A DNA stretch of 60,947 bases, filler included, from Sphacelaria rigidula (taxonomy: Eukaryota): NCBI GenBank assembly GCA_964200075.2. It is 3 parts of 3 records of this genome, joined end to end, with 100 filler letters (N's around TTAATTAATTAA, not from the genome) between each part and the next. Parts side by side here need not be neighbours in the genome. Positions count along the whole stretch, not along the records: positions 20,352 to 40,599 come from CAXNAA020000553.1; 2 more parts are not named here. One strand, written 5' to 3'. Below the pieces are notes generated by a model. That model saw nothing but the letters and a program-made list of their open reading frames with translations, did no database searches and was not told the DNA's origin. Position numbers and translations under genes: made by a program. This document shows, piece after piece, positions 24,214-34,980 of the stretch (positions are counted from its first letter, which is position 1; every line of letters begins with the position of its first letter).

Positions 24214-26610
24214 CTTCATGTTTGGGCTGTGTTTTGGCAAGTTCAAGAAAAAGGAGGGTGGGCTTCTATATTTCATGTCTATGTCCGGGCTGTGTTATGA
24301 CAGGTAAGCTTCTCTATTTTATGTCTGTATCCGGGCTGTGTTATGGTATGTTAAATAAACAGCAGGGTTAGCTTCTCTGTTTCACGCCTATGTCCGGGCC
24401 GTGTTATGGTAGGGTAAATAAAAAGCAGGGTTGTCTTCTCTATTTCATGTCTATATCCGGGCTGTGTTATGGTAGGTTGGAGAAAAAGGAGGGTCAGCTT
24501 CTCTGTTTCATGTCTATGTCCAGACTGTGTTATGGTAGTGTAAATCATGAGCAGGGTTGATTTCTCTGTTTCATGTTCATGTCCGGGCTGTGTTATGGTC
24601 GGGTGAATAAAAAGCAGGGTTGTCTTCTCTATTTCATGTCTATATCCGGGCTGTGTTATGGTAGGGTAAATGAAAAGCAGGGTCAGCTTCTCTGTTTCAT
24701 GTCTATGTCCACACTGTGTTAGTGTAGGTTAAAGAAAAAGCAAGGTTGATTTCTCTGTTTCATGTTCATGTCCGGGCTGTGTTATGGTCGGATAAATAAA
24801 AAGAAGGGTTGGTTTCTCTATTTCATGTCTATGTCCGAGCTGTGTTATGGTAGGTTGGAGAAAAAGGAGGGTCAGATTATCTATTTCATGTCTATATCCG
24901 GGCTGTGTTATGGTAGGTTGGAGAAAAAGGAGGGTCAGCTTCCCTGTTTCATGTCTTTGTCCGGGCTGTGTTATGGTCGGTTAAAGAAAAGGCAGGGTTA
25001 GCTTCTCTATGTCACGTCTATGTCCGGGCTGTGTTATGGTAGGGTAAATAAAAAGCAGGGTCAGCTTCTCTATGTCATGTCTATGTCTGGGCTGTATTAT
25101 GGCAGGTTGGAGAAAAAGGAGGATCAGATTCTCTATTTCATGTCTATATCCGGGCTGTGTTATGGTAGGTTGGAGAAAAAGGAGGTTAGCTTCCCTGTTT
25201 CATGTCTTTGTCCGGGCTGTGCTATGGTCGGTTAAAGAAAAGGCAGGGTAAGCTTCTCTATGTCACGTCTATGTCCGGGCTGTGTTATGGTAGGTTAAAA
25301 ATAAAGCAGGGTTAGCTTCTCTATGTCATGTCTATGTCTGGGCTGTATTATGGCAGGTTGGAGAAAAAGGAGGGTCAGATTCTCTATTTCACGTCTATGT
25401 CCGGGCTGTGTTATGGTAGGTTGGAGAAAAAGGAGGGTTAGCTTCTCTATTCCATGTCCATGTCCGGGCTGTGCTATGGTCGGTTGAATAAAAGGCAGGG
25501 TAAGCTTCTCTATGTCACGTGTACGTCCGGGCTGTGTTATGTTAGGTTAAATAAAAAGCAGGGTCAGCCTCTCTATTTCACGTCTATATCTGGGCTGTGT
25601 TATGGTAGGTTAAATAAAAAGCAGGGTCAGATTCTCTATTTCATGTCTATGCTCGAGCTGTGTTATGGTCGGTTAAATGAAGGGCAAGGTTAGCTTCTCT
25701 ATTTCACGTCTATGTCCGGGCTGTGCTATGGTCGGTTGAATAAAAAGCAGGGTTAGCTTCTCTACGTCACGTATACGTCCGGGCTGTGTTATGGTAGGTT
25801 AAATAAAAAGCAGGGTTAGCCTCTCTACTTCACGTCTATGTCCGGGCTGTGTTATGGTAGGTTAAAAAAAAAGGAGGATAAGCTTCTCTATTTCATGTCT
25901 ATGCCCGAGCTGTGTTATGGTCGGTTAAATGAAGGGCAGGGTTAGCTTCTCTATTTCACGTGTATGCCCGGGCTGTGTCATGGTAGGGTAAAGAAAAAGC
26001 ACGATTAGCTTCTCTATTTCATGTCTATGTCCGGGCTGTGTTATGGTAGGTTGGAGAAAAAGGGGGGTCACCTTCTCCTCTCAGTGTACATGTCTGGGCT
26101 ATGTCATGGTCGGTGAAATAGAAAGCAGGGCCAGCTTCTCTATTTCACGTCTATGTCCGGGCTGTGTTATGGTAGGTTGGAGAACAAGGATGGTCAGCTT
26201 CTCTATTTCATGTCTTTGTTCGGGCTGTGTTATGGCAGGTTAAAGAAAAAGGAGGGTTAGCTTCTCTATTCCATGTCTATGTCTGGGCTGTGTTATGGTC
26301 GCAAAGAAAAGGCAGGGTTAGCTTCTCCATTTCACGTTTATATCCGGGTTGTGTTATGGTCGGTTGAAGAAAAAGGCAGGGTTAGCTTCCTTATTTCATG
26401 TCCATGTCTGGGCTGTATTACGGTCGGTTCAAGAAAAAGGCAGAGGATTCTCTAGTTCATGTCTCTGTCCGGGCTGTGTTATGGACGGTTAAATCAAAAG
26501 GAGGGTTAGCCTCTCTATTCCATGTCTACATCCGGGCTGTGATCTGATAGGTTCGAGGAAAAGGGGGGTTATCTTCTCTATTTCATGTCTGTATCCGTGC
26601 CGTGTTGTGG
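24214..26610. repeat. 63-bp tandem satellite, about 37 copies
   Basis: Unit ~TCATGTCTATGTCCGGGCTGTGTTATGGTAGGTTAAATAAAAAGCAGGGTTAGCTTCTCTATT. Confidence 0.97.
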
Positions 26611-28379
26611 GAGGTGGAAAAAATGAAAAAATGGAAATTAAAAATCGAGAAAGGGGGAAATGTAGAGAAAAAGAGAAGGAAAACACTAATATGGAAGGAA
26701 AAAAAAGAATGGCTAAGGAAAAGGAAGTAGTAAAATCAGGGAAAAGAGCCCATCTTCGGTAGATCATGTCTGTATCCATATTGTGTGTTTCTGGGGGGAA
26801 AGAATGGAGTTGTTCGATATTTTTCATGTTGTGTCCGTTGGTCCGGGATTTTCTTTGTCTAGTGGCGGTCCCTGGTATATGTGCGGTGACAGTCTGTACA
26901 CTTGTCTACGTTTTGGTGGCTTGTTTACAGCGCCGTTGCCACTCGACGCCAAGCCTTTCGAGACGGAGCACCGTTTCTACTCTTACTAGAGACACCTTCA
27001 ACATTCCGGCGCTCATTACGTTTCTTCCTACATTACACAAGAACATTTTACATATCGTATCCTCGTCCTGTTTCGCCGTCTCTAGCCGCCATCTATCTCC
27101 TAGTACAACCATCGTTTTCTCCCTACTGGCTAATGCAACAAACGATTTTATGTCATCTTCGTTCACGTCCCGCATTTCATCCTCTAGCACGTCCCGTTCC
27201 TCCTTGTATAGTTCACATTCTGTCACTATATGACTTCTGCCCTCTATTCCCTTGCCACAGAGGCAGTTCCGTGCATCTACTTCCTCCTCCTTCCGACCAC
27301 TAGCATATCCTTTTTTGTTTTTTGGCAGGTACAGGTCCCCCACCCGAAATCGCAGTTTTAGATTATTCGCAGCGTTCATTGGGCCATGCAGATATGTTTC
27401 CATCTCTCTCTCAACCCCCCGTATATCTCCAGGTGTTCTTCCTCGTCTACCTTGCGTCTGAGCGCTTCTCTCTCTCTCATCTCTATCATATCTCTCACTT
27501 TTGCCTTGTACCCCACGCCTCCATCTATGGACAGTATTTCGTCTTGATTTCCTCCCATATCTTTCCATACTTTGTCGACTTCTCGATTCCACGTTATTCC
27601 AGCATACCCTTGCGCACCTTTCTTCCATACAGCCCTATCAGCTATGGCTGGCAGTCTCTTTATCTGCATGTTATTTACGCTATATTGTCATCGCACTTTC
27701 CTCATGTCTCTGTTTGTTTTAACTGAGAGCATTCCCAACTCTGCTCTCAATGCTGTATTACTCGTCGTCTTCGAGCGTCCGAGTATCTTCTTAGCTGCTG
27801 CCATCTGTACTGTTTCCAATTTCTTCACCAACAACTTCACGTTCCCCTCTCATACTTCTCCTGCATATTCCACCTTTGATACGATCACGTTCACCAGGAT
27901 ACACCTTTTAGTCCCAGTGTCGAGGTGCGGATCTCTGGGGATCACGTACATCCCGCCTAGCTTTGCCCCAACCTTCTCTATTACTTTGTTTATATGTGCT
28001 TCCCAAGAACAGTGTTTCGAGATATCTACACCAAGGTATGTATACTGGTGTACAATCGGCAGTTCCTCTTCTCCCCACTTCCATTTGAACTCTAACATGT
28101 GTTTCTTATCTTCGTGACGGACGAGTACCGCGCAGGTGTTTACGCTCGCTGTCACTCTCCATTCCCTAGTGCATTCTGCACATCGTCTATCTGTTTGTGC
28201 AATCCTTCTGCTGTTCCTGAAATCCTCACAAAATCATCTGCGAACATCGAACCTCGTATCAGAGATCTTCACCCAGACTCCTTGCTTTGCTGCTTCTATT
28301 GCTAGATTCAAGTCATTCATGAATACCTTGAATAAAGTGGGTGATAACGTACGTCCCTGTGCAACTCCTTGTAAGATAC

Positions 28380-28548
28380 CACACCTTGGACAACATATGG
28401 TCAATGGTTCAATAGACAAGAAACGTACTGCATTAAATATAGACCTATTGCGACTATTGTCGGCCGGCAATAGTTGCAATAGGCCTATACTTTATGCAGT
28501 ACAATTTTCGTATATTGCAACTATTGACCATATATTGTCCAAGGTGTG
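28380..28548. mobile_element. Foldback MITE (whole element is a hairpin), ~8-bp TSD, inserted in the LINE RT
   Basis: CACACCTTGGACAA...TTGTCCAAGGTGTG; arms pair to the centre GTCGGCCGGC; flanks TAAGATAC / TAAAGTAC. Confidence 0.88.
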
Positions 28549-30272
28549 TAAAGTACCAAAATATCTCGATATTTCCCCGTCTAGCACCATGGCACTTTTG
28601 GCACATTCTGGCATCTTCCTTTACCATCCTCCAAATCTTTCCTCTGACCCCCGTTCCCCACAGCTTTTTCCAGAGCCCGTTCCTCCATACTGCGTCATAA
28701 GCCTTTTGCACGTCCAGAAAGAAACAGTACGTTGTTAGCCCGGTGTCTTTCCCACCCTGAACAATCTTACCTGGTGTCTACACACTGTCTACGCAACAAC
28801 GGTTTGGTCTGAAACCTACTCGTCCCTCGCTGATTTTGTCTTCCTTTTTTAGCATCGTTCCTACTCCATCATTCAGAATCTCACGGAACGTTTTCCCTAC
28901 CGCCCTACCGTGTTCAGTAGCGCCATCCCTCTATAGTTTCCTGGGCCAGCCCGGTCTCATTTTTTGGAAATCTTGACTACTACTCCTTTTCTCCGCCTCC
29001 TGGGTGGCTACTCGTTTTTCCAGATCCAGATCCAGTTACACAGCATAACCACCATGGTAATCATTTCTTCCCTCCCGTAATCAGATATTCGTTCACGATT
29101 CCGTCTGCCCCTGGTGCCCTTTTGTTCTTGAGTCTAGCAGCACACTCCTTTACTTTCTCTCTGGTGAACTCTCGCTGCAATTCTGTCGAGCCACTATCCT
29201 CACATTTTGACGTCTCTACGTTTGCTTCTGCCCACTCGTTGACCTCTTTATCGAATTCCGTGTCGAACTTCGTGTCAGTTTTTGGTGTTCCCAGTTTACG
29301 GTAGTACTCGACTAGCACTTCTCTCTTCCCCTTCGAGCTACCGACCATTTTGCCGTTCTGTGCCCGTAGCGTGGCTATCCCCTTGTCCACCTTTCTTGCC
29401 TGCTTTTTTTCCATCACCCCTTTCATCCCTGCCCACATTTGTGTCATCCCGCCATCGGAATCTTCACTTGTGTTTTTCACTACATCTTCCCACACCCCCT
29501 TCTTTTTCTCTGTACCATAGTTTTACTTCCTTTCGAGCTTTAGTAGACTCCTCTCATCCTCCCGTACGTTTTACTCGACACGCATCTCGCGTGGGCCTCC
29601 CTCCTCACTCTTACAGCCTCTTTTACTTCCTCATCCCACCATTTGACTGCTCTGTTGCATACGATCAGTTTCTTCCACATGACTTTACTCGCTGTGTTCT
29701 CGACCAGCTGCTCCCATCCCTCTACAATCTGCGTTCCTGCCCGACTTCTCTCCATTGCGGTATCAACTGCACCTACGCGTTCCAACAGTTCGGAAGAATT
29801 CACTGCATTTTTGGCCATCTCTTCTTGGAGCTCTTGCTGTTTATCTCCCAAATCTAGTTTATCGATTCTTCATTTGTACAACTTCCTACCCCGCCTATTT
29901 CTTTCGACTCTCGCCTGTTGACTTTTCCCCCATGTTAGGCAGTGATATTTAGTTCTCCCGTCCTCCGGGGATACACGTACTCCCATGTCTTCACTATTTC
30001 CATTCTCTACCACTACATAGTCAAGAACGGAGCGTTCTCTCTCGTCTTTGCGGTTTCTAGTCCATGTCCATTGCGCGTCTGGCTTTAGTACGCTATCGTT
30101 TAGCGTCTTCATCTCGTTATTCTCAAGGAACTTGAACACTCCTACCCCGTTCGTGTACTCCTCGTATTTCCCAATGAGATCATCCGGTTGACCTGCTTTT
30201 CCTACCCTTACATTAAAATCTTTCGCTAACATTACTTCTCCTTACGTTTTATACTTGAGTATATCTGCTGCT

Positions 30273-30730
30273 TGTTAGATATACAACATATCCACTGAGC
30301 TAAATAGTCAGCGCTGACTAGCTAAACAGTCAGCACTAACCGTCTAGCTCAGTGGGTATGGTGAATATATAACAAAATTTCAACGGGGGCCCGAGAGCTG
30401 GTTACATTTATTGGACTACGGTGTTTACCCGAGGATTATCACCCCTCTAATCGGCGCTGCCCCAAGCGATTCGCCGGCTTACAGGCGGGAACATGTGTCT
30501 TCATCCTGACGGCTGACGATGTATACCATGCTTTTAGATGCGTATCCCAGACTTTTAGATGCGTATCCCAGACTTTTTCTCAGGTTGTTTTCCTTCTGCA
30601 GAAAAAAGCGTCGAGATAGTCTCGCAGGGATCGAACCCCGGTTGTACTTTTGTTAGATACATAACAAATTCACTGAGCTAAACAGTCAGCGTTGACTGTT
30701 GAGTTCAGTGGGTATGTTGTATATCTAAAA
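30273..30730 (-). mobile_element. Non-autonomous element with palindromic terminal repeats and tRNA-like Pol III boxes (copy B)
   Basis: Palindromic repeats 30273-30374 and 30651-30730; minus-strand TAGCTCAGTG then GGTTCGATCCC; flanks CTGCT / CGGCT; removal restores the LINE frame FGEVAADILKYK. Confidence 0.85.
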
Positions 30731-33700
30731 CGGCTACTTCTCCAAAGTTACGCTGAACATCGTTCACCCTACTCTTCGATTCTGGGGGCATATAGATGCT
30801 CCCCACGAAGAAGTCCTTCGTTCCTCGCTCTCCTGTTACCCTTATCCATATGCTCTCGTCGAATTTCGTGTCATCGATCACTTCTATACTGTCACACAGG
30901 TGCTCCTTGACTGAGAATCCTACTCCCCCCGCTTCCCTGCGCTTGGGTTTCTGTCCCTTCCGCTTTTCCTCCGTCCATTCGTACTCTTCAAGTTTGCTGC
31001 ATCCTTTTCCCGCCCCCTCTGTCTCCCATGACTCTTGAATTCCTACTGTATCTAGATGGCGCTTCCTTACTTGTTGGGCTATCTCTATTCTTTTGCGCTC
31101 GTCTTTGGCGGAGCCACACACGTTCCACGATCCTATTCTCAACTTCCTCTCCGAATCAATATCTGCTCTCTTGCGGGCCCCTATCATATTCTTGTGCCTC
31201 TTACTTCTACTTTCCCTTGCTTGATTGCTCTGGCCCTTGCCGGTTTGGTCTCTGCCTGGTTGATTCGGGTCGCTGTGTCTCCTCCCCTTCCCCTTCCGGG
31301 CATTTACCTATTCCTGCCTCTCTTTCCCTCCGTTTACCCGTGCACTACGTCTTAGGCTTATTATTCCGTGAGCAAAGCATACTCTCTATCCTACCTTTCT
31401 AACCCGTGCCGACACCTTACTTGTTTCTATCCCTGTCCACTCCTCGCTCGCGCTCTGATTTAGTGCGACTCCGAATTGTTCTCCCTTCCTTTCTGCATTT
31501 CCTGTTGCCAAACAGTATAATCCAACTCCATCGCATTTCTTTTTTACCTCTATTCTTGTCATGTCGCTACGGACTCCGAAGACCAGCCCTACTAGTACCT
31601 TACCCGACCACTCTTTACTACTCCATCCGCCCTTCCTTACCGTCTGTCTCTCGATCTCCTTCGAGAGAATCTTTAGCTTGTTTGTTCCAAGCGTATTGGT
31701 GGGATATAGTCCACGGGGGGATGACAATAGCGTACACTACTCGAAACTATCCGCACGACGAATCAGCATCGACAGGGAGGAGTTACAGCGACTTGTAGCT
31801 GAGTTTTAGAGGCCCCGGTGGCACAGAGGTGCACAGTACGCCGCAAGGTTGGGCTTGCGGCAAAAAGCCCATCCCAGGCTGATCACCTCACATCAAGTAA
31901 GTCGCACTTGCTTCCTCCCCGTCGAACCCTCAAATACCTCTCCGTGTCTTACTTCCCTGCGCGCAGTCACCGACACAGCGCTCTATACTGGCCTCATTTT
32001 GAGCTACCGTCTGCAACATATTTCAGAGCCGAAAAGCCCATTCATGGCGACCCTGCGTATATCTCTAGTCAGAGGGCCTCCATTTCGTCCTGGTTGTATC
32101 GTCGTGGGCGGTGCGTTTTGTTGAACGTATGGCTGAACACGCCCCCGCACAGGGTGGTTCCAGGCAACTGTGGCTCAACCACGAGTGGCTGCCAGCGTAT
32201 TTTAGATGAACACGACATATATATGTAAACAGAGAAGCTAGGGACCCCCCGAGAAGGGCGTCTTGCCTGCTTCTGGAAAGCACCAACGAACGAAGCACGT
32301 AAGGGTGCGCTATGTCGCCATTTTCCTCGGCATATGTAGCCACTCATATTCCATCGCGAGTGTGTGACCTAGCGGGCACACCTCTCAAATGCGCACAGCA
32401 AACGTGTTGGCGGTGGCACGAAATATTTCACATCTTGGTGGGCCATTTGCGCATTCTGCGGAGTCACGGGTCCTGATTCGACGGAGGCACAATTGCTCCG
32501 TACCTACGGCGGCACCGCCATACAACTTGGGCAAGTTTTGGAGACGCGCGCATTAGGTTGGGTAGGATGTCCATTGATGCTTTGCGCCAACCTCACAACC
32601 TTCCGAGTTTCAGCACTGGTACACACTTGTCACGCGCATAGGTGCCCACATCCCTTGCCCGACTTATCTCGTGCGAAAGCACCAGCGTCGAGCCCTCTCC
32701 ACTTATCTCTGAATCCCAACAACATTCGCGTGACTTTAGCGCCGATGCAACTCTAGTGTGCAATGCTAAAAGCTCGATGCGTGCCCAACCGCCGACGCAA
32801 CCACCGCGGGACGTGGGCGCTGGCAGCATGAACACTGTCAACTCGATATGAAAGGATCTACGTATCGGAGTGAACGGTGAACCTACGTTTTGTTCACGTT
32901 GCTCACGGTGGAATATGAAACGCGGAAGAGTGCCCAGGAGTTGGTCGCCCAGTGCCACAGTGTTCGAAACTCGTACCGTGTGATACAGTAGCCATCACGT
33001 GACGCGACGCTCTTGTTGCTAGTGTTGATGCTGACCCCATGTTTGTGTGTTTGTGACGCGCGCAGCTACTCATGAAACAGTAGTTCTTGGCCCAACACGT
33101 GACCATAAATATCCAAGAGTACCGTCGCACGCCGGGGTAAAAGGGAGGAAGAAGGGGCGAAGAAATCAAGTCCGCGGAAGCTCAACGTAGATCTATTGTT
33201 GCAGACAACAGGTTGAATTTGATTGACCGTCCCAAAGCGTTTATGACTTCGGGTTTCCCCCCAAATTGTGTGAGTGTATGTGACTGTAACTGTATGCACG
33301 AGTTGCACAAGACTTGTCCGGAGGTTCAGATGATCAGAGGTGGGGCTATCGCGCGAATCTCCGTTGAGAACGATCCCCCAACGACCTCCTACAGGAGGAA
33401 CAACCAACGGACAGCAATTGCACCGGGATTCTCCGCTAGCTAGTACTGTACTCGCATTGCACGGTGCTATGCCATGCGTTTGCAGGATCGAGGACCGGTC
33501 TAGTCGGATTGGGCACGCACCCCAACGGGACACGACCGGGCTTCGCGGTTTTGGGGATGGCGACGCAAGGAGTAGTGGCATTTGCGCGGCAGCGGTAATG
33601 ATGACGTCGGCTTCGCCGCTAACGGTCGGCCTACGGGCGTGTAAATTTCACCAAGGTGTGACTCCCTGCAACGTGACCTACAGATGGCGAGGTTTCCGAC

Positions 33701-34244
33701 ATCTCTGCCACAAAACATCAGATGGCGCCATGCCAATGTTGCGACTCTATGCACAACGAGCTCGTGCGTTGAATGTACTTGCACGGACACCGTCCCCGTA
33801 CATTACTCGAGGGATCCCTGGTGCTGTACCCCTTCCCTCTTCACGACCACGGTGCCGTGCACTCGGTGACGTGGGCTTTGACCTGGCCACCCAGAAAACT
33901 TGAAACCTGTCGGAAAACGTTTCATGGTTCCCTCAATGAGGACACACGAGATGATTAGAGCCCTCTTTCGACGGGATTCTGGAGATGACCATGAAGTCTG
34001 CGAGATCCCGGTTCTCATAAGGGTTCGGCGAAGGATAGGCACTAGGATATTGACGGCTGTTGTCCCCTGAAGTACTGCTGTAGCTTGTGCAGCGGGGAAT
34101 AAACACCGCGGCACCACAAGTAACCTGTACTCAAACCTGCGATGTAAGTAGGCGTGTTAATGAGAGCTCTTTGCAGCAGCTCTCTTTTTCGTGTATCAGG
34201 TTCGCCGAACTTGTCCGGACGATGTTCTGGTAGTAAAACATTAT

Positions 34245-34980
34245 AGGGTTAGCGTCATCATGCGATGCCTATGCCCGGGCTGGGTTATATTAGGTTGAAG
34301 AAAATAGTGGTCACCTTCGTCATTTCATGTCCATGTGCTGGTCGTTTCCCGGTAAGTTGAAGAAGAAAGTGGATAGCGTCGTTGATTCATGTCTTTGTCC
34401 GGGCTGTGGTGGGGTAGGCTAAAGGAAAGGGTGGTTAGCTTCGTTATTCCTTTGTCATTTCATGTCCACGTGCTGGTCGTATTCTGGTGAGTTAAAGAAG
34501 AAAGTGGATAGCTTCGTTGATTCATGTCTTTCTTCGGGCTGTGGTAGGGTAGGCTGATAAAAAGAGTGGTTAGCTTCGTTATTCCATGTCTGCGTCCAGA
34601 CTCTATTACGGCAGGTTGAAGAAAAAGTGGTTGGCTTCTTCATTTCATATCTTTGTTATGGCTGTGTTCTGGTAGGTCAAAGAAAGCAGAGCTCAGCTTC
34701 GCCATTCATGTCTATGCCAGCATGGCTGTGTTCTGGTGGGGTGAATAAAACAGTGGTTAGCTTCCCCATTTGATGTCAATGTCCGGGCTGTGGTTTTGTA
34801 GGTTCAAGAGAAACGTGGTTGGCTTCGTCATTTCATCTCCATGTCATGGCTGTGTTCTGGTAACTTCACGGAGAAAATAGTCAGCTTCGCCGTTTCATGT
34901 CCATGTCCGGGCTGTGTTCTGACGGGCTGGTTAAAAGAGGAAAGAAGTTAGCTTCGTCATTTCATGTATTTTTCTGGACT
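34245..34980. repeat. Second, more diverged array of the ~63-bp satellite (about 11 copies)
   Basis: Repeating TTCATGTC..TGTCCGGGCTGTG..GGTAGGT..AA.AAAA.GTGGTTAGCTTCGT. Confidence 0.9.

Larger units (their letters stand above)
26905..31709 (-). mobile_element. Degenerate non-LTR retrotransposon (LINE; APE endonuclease + RT) with two nested insertions
   Basis: IGSWNVCG/GIQESW (~31100), DFNVRVG and SVLDYVVV (~30000-30230), APGADGI (~29100), QKAYDAVWR, QGVAQG..LSPTLF, MFADDF (~28235), YTYLGVDI. Confidence 0.95.

Noticed and set aside
24214-26610. CRISPR-like array or 21-aa repeat protein (MSMSGLCYGRLNKKQGQLLYF)
   Set aside because: The variable parts are homologous variants rather than unique spacers, no cas genes are present, and the frames are broken by recurrent stops.
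30531-30577. 21-bp tandem duplication inside copy B
   Set aside because: Simple local slippage; not shared with the other copies.
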